DNA of 64,000 nucleotides from Amoebophrya sp. A120 (Eukaryota; Protista; Dinoflagellata). The position numbers and the translations under genes are program-made. The notes below the pieces were generated by a model. That model did not search any database. It was not told the DNA's origin and worked only from the letters and a program-made list of their open reading frames with translations. Each line of letters opens with the position of its first letter. Positions within the stretch are counted from its first letter, which is position 1. The stretch spans positions 12,259,832-12,323,831 of the forward strand of contig CAJINV010000001.1 of NCBI GenBank assembly GCA_905178155.1, written 5' to 3'. Positions 1 to 12,200 of this stretch are shown piece by piece.

Positions 1-3000
1 GCCCCCCGGACATGGCAAACATGGACTTTGACGAAATGGACCCCGACGAAATGATGGCGTTGGAGTTTGACTCCACAAACGTGCAGAGCGCTGGCTTCAA
101 GCCTCCGCCGGGAATGGAGAACGAAGTGGATGGGGCTAGCTTTAACATGAACGCGGAAGGCGAGATGGTGATGACCACGGCGTCCGGCGTATCAAAATGA
201 AAAATCCCCCCTCCCCATATCAAAACGAAGTTTGTGATGCTGGATTTGCGTACACAAATGAGATTTGTTTTGCTGGAGAGGAATGCAGGCCTATATCAAG
301 CCTGAGTAGAGAGGTTTTGGCCTAGTCGCTTAGCATGAGAAACGTCTGCGCTGTAGGCCTACTAGCGACACAAACTGCCTGCATCATGCGGCGGAGCCTG
401 TGGAATTGCCTTCTTGCATGACAGAGATGATTTGTGGTCGCAAATCAGCATTGCAAATTTTCTGCGGCGTACCTTTTCGATATGGGGAGGGGGGATTTTT
501 CACTCTGATACGGCGAAGAGGTGATCATGGATGCGCCCATGGGCCCCTCCGAGGCGGCTATCGCCGTGGCGCCCTTCGTATGCATTGCAAAAGTTGTAAC
601 TCGTACGACTACTAGTACTAATTGCATTCATGCCTGACAGATCTGGTTGCCCCTTACCCAATTCAGCATTACTGTTCCTTCGAAATAAAAACTTGTAAAT
701 CTAAATGCGATTTATAAATTATAAATCGCATTTAGATTTACAAGTTTTTATTTCGAAGGAACAGTAAAATACTAGTTGTGCGATACAAGTTTTGCAATGC
801 ATAGTTCGCGAGCGACGGGGTGGCCAACTTCTTCAAGTTTTTCAACCCGACCACCTCCGGTCGGTACCCGTTCGGGGAGAACGAGGATCCGACCACCAAG
901 TACACGATTTTCGTGGACGCGGAATCCCGGTCCGTCAACGACACCACTACCGGCTTCGTCCCGAAATGCAAGTATGGCAGCGAGTTCTGGGTGAAACTGG
1001 GCCCCGGGGACCGGACGGGCGGCGCCGGATGGACCGCGGGAACCAGGACCCCGCATTTGGGGGGCAATGATTTTGTCAAGCTTGTGCGTGTGGACGGGGT
1101 GGACTGGAGCTGCATTTCCAGCTACACCGACGCAGTTCCAGAAGAAGTTCTCGCGCTCGACATCGTCATGGCCCTGGAGGCGACCTCGGGAGCGGTGCCT
1201 CCGGTGACCACCGGGAGCAAGGTGCAGGTGGAAGTGATCAACAAGTCTGGCTCCACGGAAATTCACGAGATCATCATCGGCGGCAACCAGGGCGTGAAAA
1301 ACTACAACCAGTTGCGCATGGTCATCGAGAAGAAGCAAGAGATGGTGTGGGACGGCCTGATGGGTGACATGATGGAGGACATGTTTATGTCTGACCTCGG
1401 CATCGATCCGATGGCCATGGGAGCAGACCCAATGATGGCAGCAGACCCGGGCATGTATGCACTGCAAAAGTATCGTACTAGTACAAATCGCAATACAAAT
1501 TGGTTCAGCATTACAAATTAAATTTGTAATGCGGATTTACCTAACCAACTAGATTTGTAATGCATAACTGCGATTACTACGAGTACGATACTTTTGCACA
1601 GGATAGCATGGCATCGGCGGCGATGTATGGGGCCGCCGGTGCTGATCCTTCGGCCAAGTCCACCCCCAAGAAGGCGAAGTCCTGCTTTCGCGGCTCGGTG
1701 ATGGCGCAGGTGGTGAAGCCCAAGTGCTTCCCGACCTGCGCGCGCACCGGCGTGACGCGCGCAGCCAACACCGAGGAGGCCACCGCAATCGCGGCCCTGA
1801 AGGGGGACGAGATTCCGTTTGTGTTGCTGAAGAAGCGATACAATCTGAAGACGCTGAAGGAGGACAGCTCCTTCGCGGCCTCGCTGCCGGCGGCGTTCAA
1901 GGAGGGAACGTGCACGGCGCGCGTGGGCGGGCTCGTGGACGCCAACGGCGGAGCCATCTTCCGCGAGAAGGTCTCCGTGCCCTTCAAACCGCCGTCCTGC
2001 GACTTTCTCACGATGAACGGCACGCGCACGGACCTGGAAAACATGCTGACTCAGATGCAGTCGAAGGTGATGGAGGTGAACGTGAACGCCCTGGCGCGGT
2101 ACGAGGGCACGGACACCTGGTCCAACTGCCAGGCGCTGCTGAACATGGGGCTGAAGGACGCGGTCGAGACCATCACCGTGAAGTCCGTGGGGTGCCCGCA
2201 CACACCGCCGTCCTGCGCAGGCGAGACCGAGTTTGAGATTTGCACGCGGGAGGCGAACAAGAATCATCCGTGGTGCAAGGACCCCTGTTGCAACATTGAC
2301 ATGCAGAAGACCAAGTGCTGCGCGGAACGGGACGTGCAGAAGAATGTGAAGTCGTCCGAGGTGAACCCCATGGCCTTCGGGTTCTCCTGCCCCTTCGGCG
2401 GAGCCGACTCCATTGACGGCATCGAGATTGCCAAAGCCACGCAGCGCGTGCTGAACAATCCGCAGACCTGTTTTGGCAAGGAATCCGCGTCCAAAAAAGC
2501 CAAGCTGAAGGCATTGAAGGACGCCGCTGAGTGCTGTTATGCGGCGGTGTTCGGAAACGATCCCTCCGAGGAAATGTTCGCAGCTGGTACTTACCTACTG
2601 CTAGCTTACATCAAATTCAAAACCAATGCAAATGATTAAAGAAACGCTGTTCATCTGCTTTCCTGTAGGTACAGCATACTACATGCATCTTCTGGATCTA
2701 CTACTTCTTGTCAGACGCGGAGAGCACTCCAAGTCTCGAAGCAGCATGGAGAAACCGAATGAATATTGGTTGAAGAAAGTCCACAAACCGCATGCTGCAC
2801 ATAACCAATACCAAAGGCAAAGGAGATGGAGATGTACTAAAATAAAGAGGGAGAAACAGTTATCGGTCCGAATTTCAAATTCAATACAGGTGGCGGTAGT
2901 GGCGACAGCAAGAAGAAGAACAGCATTCAAACCTGCAGCTCCGACCTTGATTGCTACAGTGGTACGTGCATCAAGGTGAAGTCCTCGTCATCCGGAGGCG

Positions 3001-6000
3001 GCGGCGGTGGTGCGGCCGCGGGCGGCGGGTCGTCCGGCGGCGGCTCGGGTGGCAGCAGTGGCACCGACGCGACGCCGCCGAAGGCGTTCAAGCACTGCTT
3101 TACGACGGGCTCCGCGACGAACAAGGGGCCTTTCACCACGAAGGGCAAGTCCTACACCTGCGCGCTGGCTCCCATGGCCACCGCCGGCACGGCCCTCGCC
3201 CAATGCCTGAAGGACCGCTTCGACAAGGACGCGGCCGGCCTCGCGACCGCGTGGGCGATCGTGTCCGACTTGTACGGACAGGGCGGGGACGCCAACGCGG
3301 ACGTGTCCACCATTGGCGCGCAGCTCGTCAGTGCGGACACGTTCCAAAGCTGCGAGGGCGAGACGGGGTGGATGTACAACGCCGACGACTTCTTTGTGCG
3401 CGAGGTGCTGAAGACCTGCTCGGACGAGTCGGACTGCGCTGCCAAGTGCGTGTCTGAGACCAAGTGCAACTGGGCACCCATGGGAACGAAACTTACCAAC
3501 GACGAGTGCCTGAACATGTTTCCGTCGCAGACATCCTTCTGCAAGGACCCCGATGGAGCACGATGGGGTAAGGATCTAGTACCTCACTATTTTGAGTATT
3601 TCTACGCGATGAAATTAGGGGGCTCGCACAAAGTGGAAGATATGTTGAATTACAGTTACTCGCTGTTCTTGTTCAGCTGCAGGGGTTTCTACTCTGTGCG
3701 TGATCGCGGTCCTACCATTATACGGCGTCGTGGCTCTGTAACGACCAACTTCTTGTTGGACTTCGTACACGTAACTCTAACTATGTTATAAGTATAACCA
3801 CGTCCACGTATAATATGCAACATGACAAAAATGCATCACGACACCGAGCCCGACCGAAAGTATGTCCTCTATCACTATCTCTGCTCGCTGCAAATACAAT
3901 TTTTGGTTTTTGCCGTTGTCTCAAACACTCCCAAAAATTTCGTATTCCAGGCCAGCCTTCGAAAACGAGGCCGGCGGTGTGCCAAAGTTCGACGGTGAAA
4001 ATTTTGCAGTCCTGGGATATGTGGTCGTACCAGCAAGACAAGCTGCAGGGAGTTCTCCGTGCGATGAACGTGTCGGATGCCGAGTGTGCGACGATTGGCG
4101 ACGGTATGACAGTGCACACGCCCCCCTCCGCTTCGTTTCCAATTGTCATGCAAAATCTACTAAGTCACCAAAGTCACGCTGCTGCCTTGTAGCGCTGTTT
4201 GCATGGCAAACTATGGAAGCCCAAGCAGGAACAGTACTACAGTCGGCGCAGGAACTTGTCATGCTCAGCCTCCACGTGTGCTGGTGTTTGTGTTGCTTTT
4301 CATGCCATACAAATGAGGGCGAGGGGGAGATGTGCACTCTCATAGACGGCACGATGCGGCGGACGTTCACGGGCATGTTCGATATGGACATGACGTCGTT
4401 CGACATGGACGACCCGATGGCCATGACGGCGATGCCCGAGATGAAGCCGGTTTACACCTGCGGCCACCCCAACGCGACCACCAAGATCGCCTGTCTGGAG
4501 GAGTGCATCGGGGACTCCGGGTTCAAGCCGTCCGCCAGCTACCGCTGCGAGATGCCCACCAACGCGGACGGGGGGTGTCCGACGAACTGGCGCGTGGAGC
4601 AGCCGCCGATGGAGTTCGACGCCATGGGGATGCCCATCTTCTCGCAACCGGTGTGCGTCCCGGACGACTACGGCCTGACGTTCTCGGGGGCCAACAGCCC
4701 CTACACCGGGTTCACCGACGGCGTCCACACCTCTGGCCTGTACTACCCCTGGGATTTCACCTGGTTCACCGACGCCCAGCAGGGCAGCACCGACCGCTGC
4801 GCGGTGCTGGCGGCGATCACCGGCCTGGAAACCACGGTGAAGCGGCTGATGGACGATGGGTCCGGCTTCTGCTTCGACGACATGTGCTACTTCAACGCCA
4901 CGGCCGCGGGCATTGCGGACTACGGGGCCTGCATGAACAAGGTTCCCTCGGACCAACAGAGCTCCTACAGCACCATGTTTCAGCAGGACTGGATGAACGG
5001 CAATGGCGCCTGCGTGATCATGCGCAACGACGGCTGGGGGGACATGATGACGAGCATGACGGACTTTTCGACCTCCCCGCGGAAGCCCGCGGACCTGAAC
5101 GCCTTCAAGACCACCTGCGAGGGCTGGGGCGGCAGCTTCTACGAGGGCAAGCGGTTTGAGGAGCCGGCGGTGGACACGCAAGAGCTCTGCTCAGGGCACA
5201 CGGAGTGCGAGATCGACATGGGTTACAAGGTGCCCGGCCTCACAGCCGAGGAGTGCGCCAAAAACAAGCGCTGCCTCGACAGCAGCGGCTGGCCGGCGTC
5301 GTGCCCCGGCTGCGAGATGGACTGGAGCCAATACGACGCGAAGGATGGCGCCTGCGTAAAGAAGGTGAAGCAGAAGTCGGATTGCTCGACCACGACCTTC
5401 TACCCATCCAAGAGCACCGCGCTTACCGGAGCGGGGATCTGCTACGACGCCACCAAGATGCGTGGGGATTGCGGGTCCGGCTGGGAGTATCTGGAATGCC
5501 GCGAGAGCATTCCGGTCGCCAGCTGCAAGGCCGCCACCGTCGCGAGCGGCACGTGGGCGGAGCCCATGACGCTGCTGAGTCAACAGCTGAAGTGCATTCC
5601 GACGGTCTGGGGCAAGTGCAAAGACAAAGCGGACTGCGAGGTCGGTGGCATGTGCACCATCAACACGGCGGCGCTGAGCAACGACGCCATGATGGATCCG
5701 ATGATGATGATGGGCATGGACCCGATGGCCGGGATGATGGGCGTTCCGCAGGAGGTGTGGGGTCCCACCGAGGCGTCGAAGCTGACCAAGAAGTCGACGG
5801 GCAGTGGTGGATCAGGTGACCAGAACCAGCAGCAGGGCATGGAGGACGATCCGTTCATGATGATGGAGTGCATTCCCCACAGCAAGTACATGACGCCCTA
5901 CTTCTTCGACAATGTCTGCAAGACCGACATGTCGGACGTGGACGTGCAGGACCCGATGAACCCGTGCGGGATCGACACTTCCTTCACGCGCGTCGAGACC

Positions 6001-7827
6001 GACAAGTGCTCGGGTATGGTGTACGACCCCTTCGTGTTCTTCGACGGGAACGCCTGCTACCACTACCTGACGGCGCAGGCCGACTGCACCGGCGCGGGGA
6101 AGTCTTGGGTGGCCACCGGGGCGACGCAGGCCACGTGCGAGGGGAAGAAGATCTGCATGGGGGGCGACGGCTTCGACACCGGCGGCCGCGGGAAGAAGGA
6201 GTGCGAGAAGTGCAACGGCCTGTTCGACGTGGCCAACAAGTGGATGGCGAACAAGTTCGAGACCAGCAAGCTGACCAACGTGACGGGGGAGTGGACCGCG
6301 CGCGCGGTGGAGCCGGTGAACAAGCTGATCACGACGATGGAGAAGGAGCCCTTCATGCGGAAGCTGGGCGAGGTGAAGCGGCAACTGGAGGCGGAGGAGG
6401 AAACCCAGGCCATGATGTGCTACTTCGGCCGGACGGCGACGCAGCTCGCGACCATCGCCTCCATTTGCGAGCAGAACCGCGCGCCGGAGTACGTGCCGGC
6501 GTCCACCGACAGCAAAAATGTGTACACCACCGCGGCGGAGAACAAGGTGGGCGGCGAAGCCGAGGCGCAGGTGGCGATCTCGGCGAAGACCTTCAATGCC
6601 ACCACCGGCGGGAAGCGGAAGCAGGTCGGCATGGAGACCACCACGATCAAGGCCGAGGTGCCCGAGATCTCCTCGGCGGCGGCTTCCTCCTCGCGCCGCT
6701 CCTTGGAGGAGCTCAAGGAGGAGCTGCGCCTGCTCAGCGCGGCCGGCGCCACCACCAACGACCCGGGGTGCTATTCCGTGGTGAAGAACGCGAACAACAA
6801 ACTCGTCGGCCAGCTGACGGGCGACTGCTTCGGGATGAAGACGGCCGACGGCGGCACGTCGATGGACGGTGCCGCGGAGCTGTGTTTGAACGAAAAAGAG
6901 GAAATCAAGAAGTCCCCCTCGTACACCGTCCCGGCGTTCGCGCTGCGTAGCGGGTCGGCGGGCGCCTACACGTACTCAGCGACCGCCAAGACTGTGAAGA
7001 AGAACGGCCCGAAGCTGTGCGCCTCCGTCACGGAAGCGAACACCTACTTCTGTCCCGCGGCCACCGTCGCCAACGCCGCCACCCAGACGGCTGACCAGGG
7101 CACCGCCGCCTGTCCCGCCCTGAAAACGCAGCTCGACCAGGTTTCCCAGGCGGCCACGCTCGTGGGCGGCACCGCCATCCCGGGCACGTCGGCCCCGGCC
7201 ACCACCTCGACCGCCGCGAACACGACCTCGGCCGCGGCGCTCCCGGCGGGCAGCGTGGTCGCGTCGACTGCGGAGTTCGGCATCAACCTGCCCAGTTCTG
7301 TGCAGGAGTCGCAGCTGATGGGCCTGCTCGGCGACAGTATGAAGACCGGGATCGCGATTGCGGCGGGCACCGCCGTGGAGGCGAGCCAGGTGACCATTTC
7401 CGAGCTGAAATTCAAGGTCCGGCGCAACCTGCTGGAGGCGGCGCCCATGCCGCAGGCGCTGGCGCATCCGGAAGACCGGGACGAGCGCCGCCGGCTGTCC
7501 ACCTCCGCCCCGAAGACCCTCGCGGTGGATTACAGCATCTTTATTCCCGCGACGACGGCCGGCGCCTCCGCGCTCGTCGCAAACCTGGCCGCCAAGATGT
7601 CCACCGGTACGACGGCCTCCGCTTCGTTCGCCACCGCGCTCATGTCGGGCTTCACCTCGGGACTGAACGCGGCCGGGCTCAGCTCGCAGTTCACCGTCAC
7701 GAGTGTGGCCGTCACGGGCACCGCGACCACCACCCAAACCGTGGCTTCCAGTTCCGCCTACACCACCATGCTACCGTCGTTAGCGCTGGCCTTCACCTCG
7801 CTGTTGGCCACTTTCATCTTCCTGTGA
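1..7827 (+). CDS. Giant Cys-rich, Met/Asp/Pro-rich predicted surface protein with GPI-signal-like C-terminus; 5'-truncated, 7 exons in window (~2060 aa)
   Basis: Exons <1-189, 516-578, 809-1455, 1611-2586, 2890-3567, 3951-4104 and 4350-7827 join in frame. Canonical GT-AG introns at 2587-2889 and 3568-3950; the other four gaps are introners. Strong GC3 codon bias. C-terminus SSSAYTTMLPSLALAFTSLLATFIFL* is a hydrophobic tail with no cytoplasmic part. Function is inferred. Confidence 0.8.
190..510. mobile_element. Introner, family A
   Basis: TIR tatcaaaatgaaaaatcccccctccccatatc / gatatggggaggggggatttttcactctgata. TSD cggcg at 185-189 and 511-515. Removal gives ASG-EEVIM in frame. Confidence 0.92.
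579..803. mobile_element. Introner, family B
   Basis: TIR tatgcattgcaaaa / ttttgcaatgcata. TSD cttcg/gttcg (4/5). Frame restored (APF-ASDGV). Confidence 0.9.
1456..1605. mobile_element. Introner, family B
   Basis: TIR tatgcactgcaaaagtatcgtact / agtacgatacttttgcacaggata. TSD gcatg x2. Frame restored (DPGM-ASAAM). Confidence 0.92.
4105..4344. mobile_element. Introner, family F (gtgcaca)
   Basis: TIR tatgacagtgcaca / tgtgcactctcata. TSD gacgg x2. Frame restored (IGDG-TMRR). Confidence 0.92.
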
Positions 7828-9227
7828 GGAGAATTTTAGCACTTCGTATCTATTTTTACTTGTGAGTCAACAAGTTGTGATAGCAGGAGAGTAGTACTAT
7901 GTTTGTGTCACCGCTATAAATCTTACAGCAACATTGTTCGAATCCGTGTATGATTATATGTACTTACTTTCGACTTCATTCTGGAGAAACTACTAGGTGC
8001 CGATATTTCAAAGCGAGCTGTTGCGATTTACTTCATGCGGTCCACGACAAGAATTCAGCACTCTCGTCTTTGGAGCTTTTATCGCGCGATGCCGCTGCGG
8101 AGCCCGTGCGTTCATTCTCTGTGTGCGTGTGCGACAATATAGTGGCCAAAGGTCAAAAGAACTTTTTCAAGATTACACAGATGGAACCTATTTGGCACAC
8201 CCTTCCCACATCTAGCGAGTTTTAATTTCTCCATACTATCTGTATGTTTCAAAAAACAAAAAGGAATACATAGCGGTACACGTTTCGGCTCCTCGCCTGA
8301 GATGTAAATATGGCATATTTTTTTCTGCACCTAGTATCAGCTCTTCGTCTTCGTTGTTATTCTGTCTTGCGTTCTTTCTTCAGAATGCTTCTTTGGAGAA
8401 TAACAAGGCTCCAATAATTCATCGTGTCACCCAATCCCAATTGAAGTAGGAGAATTGTTTCAAAATCTCATTCTCATGTGCACGATTGCATAAACTATCA
8501 AAGCAGAGCTAGGTACTTAGACTAATGGCTCCCTACTATGAATTTTTGAAGATGTAAAGCGAAGGACAAGGATAAAGCCGTGAAGCTAAGTGGGTTGCAC
8601 TTGTTGGCAACTTCGGCGCATAATTTCCAAACAAACACACAAGTGGTTCAAACTATTCGAACAGAAGAATGTCACCGATTAATTGCCCAGATGAGAGATT
8701 CTTGTGCAACATGATCGAACCACATTCGACCTTGCTGTTAGCTGCAAGATGGGCGGGCTATTGTGAGCTCGCTCTTCAATTTGTTGTCTGCCTCAGACCA
8801 GGGTGGTGCGTGTGGCGGTACATTGAGCCGTCAATAGAAGGAAGTGTTTCCCTTCTGGTGAAATGTCGAGACCGTTGTCGTAAGTGTGGGTGCGCCTGAA
8901 GGAGAGATTTTCGTCGCCAGAAGAAGAACGCAATAATGTCGTGAGGTAATAGTCGTCGTTCTGGTACTGGTAGACGAGGGAACGAGGTTTCGTGTGAGTC
9001 AGTCCTGCAATTCTTGAGTGATATCTTGCGCGTCGTCAGCATTTCGATTTCGCTTTTCGTGTAACTACTTCACATTCTAGATTTTCATTTTCTCATATAA
9101 TTTGTAGCTTCGTCATTTTCGTTTTCTTGGAAAAACCCCCTGCAATTCATTGTTCTTACAGCTCTTTTCCTATTCCAAGGGCAGCAGCAGCACCCATTCT
9201 ACGCAAAAGAAAATACCTCCCAGCAAT

Positions 9228-12200
9228 ATGTCATCGTCCGACGCAACTACTTCTCTACTTCCGTCATCCGCACCATCTAGTGCCACGGAGATGAGCACGA
9301 GAGGTGGTCTGTTCCAACTTGCCCGGGTCGCGCCCAAGCCGGAGCTGGGCCCTCTTTCGGAGTACGACTTACTACTGGATGAGGAGGAATTACAAGAGAA
9401 GTGTTTCGTTACCAAAGAGCAGAAAGAACAACGCAGCGACGTGTTCGAGTTTCGCATGCAAAAGGCGGAAGAAATTTTCTCGGGGATAATGCAGCAATTG
9501 AAGCAAAGGGATGGTACTGGTGAGAGTGGTCACTCGTCCTCCGTCGAAAAGGCACGTGCCGAGGCAACTGCGGGCTCCTGCACCACCACGAGAAAGAACT
9601 ATACCAAATCCGTTCACAATGGTCTCATTACGGCGTGCTACCAAGCACTGTACCAGGTCGATTACAGCTTCGGTCAGCGGGCACAGTTTCAGGCTCAGCA
9701 CCTAGCGGAGGTGCACGCCGCACAACAAGCCTGCCTCGGCGCGCTCGCTAGACTGCATCACGAAGCTGCGACACAAAATTTTGACGAGGAAATGGCGGAC
9801 ATCAACACAGGAAACTTTATTCATAGTGCAGCTTGCGACAAATTCGAGGAAATGGCGGAAGCCCAAGCGAAGCGAGCGCTGCAGCTCCGTGCAGGAATCG
9901 GTATCTTTACATACTCGACTTGTTTTTGGTTCCAAACCTCCTCCAACGTTGCCACTCTATCATCAGAAGAAAAAGTACGGAAAATGTCGTTATTTCGAAA
10001 GTTTCTTTTATCGATACAAGATGGGGGTCGGCCGTTTGGCCGACCCTATCTTGATGGACAGTGGGCAGCTAGAAAAAACGGCCCCAAGAAGAGGGCGACT
10101 TGACTTCGAAACATAAACCCCAGCGGCCATATGCCCCCGAGGCCCCGCCAGGGCTTGTCCCCGAGGACAGCGCGAGCGGCTTTGCGAGCGCAGGCAAGCC
10201 CCGAGGCTTTCCCAAGGCCTTTGCTCCGCCTCCCCAAGGCCTATGCCAGACTGCCTCCCTCGCGCAATGCTTTCGATTTCTTTGCATCGGCTAGCAGGCT
10301 CGGCCCACCAGGATATGGCGTTCGTAGGCCCTGCAAAGGCTCTGCGCCGCCTCGGCCACAATGTGCGTGGCAGCCGCCTCATTGGCCAGGCAGGAAGGAT
10401 CTGGCCGCGGCTAGCAGGCTTCCATCCTTCGCCGAAATAAATCTAGCTGCGCCGCACAACCCCGGCCGCGATCAGTGAGCTGGGTGGCTGGCATCAGCTA
10501 GCCCGATCGCAGGCTGAGTGGCCTCGCCACCCAGAATCTTGCGCCGGCCGGCCTGCCGCCTCTGGCGCCCCCGGGCACCGTCCAGCACCGCTAGGGCCTG
10601 GCGCCGGCCGTTTGGCAGGCTTGTCCAGGGCCTGGCGCCATCTGGCTCGGATGCCCATAAATGAACTTCTACCGGGAACCAGCTGCCTTGCTGGGTCTCC
10701 GTCCCTTGTCAAGGCCCGGCGCCGGCCTTCCTTGGAGCGCCCAATCTGGCACCGCCCCGGCATGAATCCGGCGCGCGCGCGCGCCCTTCCGCTAGGACGC
10801 CTGTTGGGCGGGCCGGGCATACCACAACAAACGGGCATTGGCGCCGAAAGCCCACCAAGGCCCGGGCTGCCGGCCCGCCCCTCGCTCAAGCAGGCGCGCA
10901 CGCAAACAACGAACTGCAGCCGCGGCCCCGAGCGAGGGCCAGGCCGGTGGGCCCGCGCAGGCAGTCAACAAACGCAAACAAAGAGAAGCGCGCCGCATGT
11001 TGCGGCAGGGCCGAGGCGTCCTGGACAGAGAACCGAGGCGGGCCCGCCCCTATTACACCGGCCGCAAGCCGTCGCGCCGGCCCCCGGCCGGCATCCATCT
11101 TGTTTGGAGGCAGTCTGCCAGCCAGGCGAAACAGAGGCGGCCTCGCCGATGGGTGCCTGCCAAAAACTTAAGCGGCCCATGGGAACTCGCACAGCGAGAA
11201 TCTGCGTCACTTGCGCTGGCTCAACTCCGGCCGCGGCCACCTATATTAATTCCAGCGTCCTGGGCCCTTCTGGTGTGGCTCAGAGCGCTGGGAATGCAGG
11301 CGGTTGGCCTGGCCATGGACGCTCAAACCCCCTCGCAGCGCGAGCATCTGCGCCACCTTCTTGCTCCCAAGCCGGCCCGGGCGGCCGCCTACCTTCCGGC
11401 ACCCGGGACAGAACTCTTCTGGCGTTGGAATGCTCGCGGCCGGTTGGGCCACGGGAACATCTGCGCCCAAGCGCGCCTTGCGCTCAAATGTGGTCCGTCG
11501 GCTACCTTCCAGCGCTTTGGGCCCTTTTGGTCTGGCTCAGGGCGTTGGAATTTAAAGAGCTGGCTCGGCCGCGGAAGCTCGCAGGCGAGCCGAGGCACAG
11601 AAAACATGTGGGCCACCTTTGCCCAAATCCCGCCGTCTATGCTCCAGCGCGCTCGTTAGCTGGACTCCTCTGGCGCGGCTCAGAGCGCTGGAATGTAGGC
11701 GGCTGGTTTGGCCACGGAAACTCGCACAGCGCACATCTTCGCCAATTTTGCTCAAGTGAATGGGCCCAGGCGGCCACACTCCAGCGCCGCTCGCTGACCC
11801 TTCGCTCTGGTGGGTGTGGCTCACGCAAAGCGAACATCTGCGCCACTTTTGCTCAAGTGACCGGGCCCGGCCGCCTACACTCCAGCGCCCTTGACACATC
11901 TGGCGTGGCTCAAAGCGGGCGCGGGAATGTAGGCGCCTGGGCTGGCCACGGGCAACTGCAGAGTGAGCGAACACGCGCGCCACCTGCGCTCAAATCCAGC
12001 CGCCTACGTACATTGCAACACCCTGCGCCCTTCTGGCGTGGCTCGGTGCGCTGGAATGAATGCAGGCGGCTGGCTTGGCAGGCCACAGACACTCGCAGAG
12101 CGAGCATCCGCGTCACCTGCGCTGAAATCCAGCCGCCTGCATTCTAGCGCCCTGGGCCCTTCTGGTGGGGCCCAGGGCGCTGGGGTGTAGGCGGCTGGTG

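Noticed and set aside
1455-1606. General model that introners splice as element plus one base each side (GT..AG)
   Set aside because: It works only for G...G TSDs, adds a codon, and breaks motif or paralog spacing at 18055, 21176 and 50536. It is kept only as a possible minor isoform.
738-7737. Numerous antisense and alternate-frame ORFs over the surface protein gene (likewise 37676-38923 over the transposase)
   Set aside because: Shadow ORFs expected from extreme GC3 bias.
10017-10053. Helitron 3' hairpin or terminator
   Set aside because: No CTRR end at the expected distance on either strand and no Rep/Hel coding; intrinsic terminators do not apply in this eukaryotic context.
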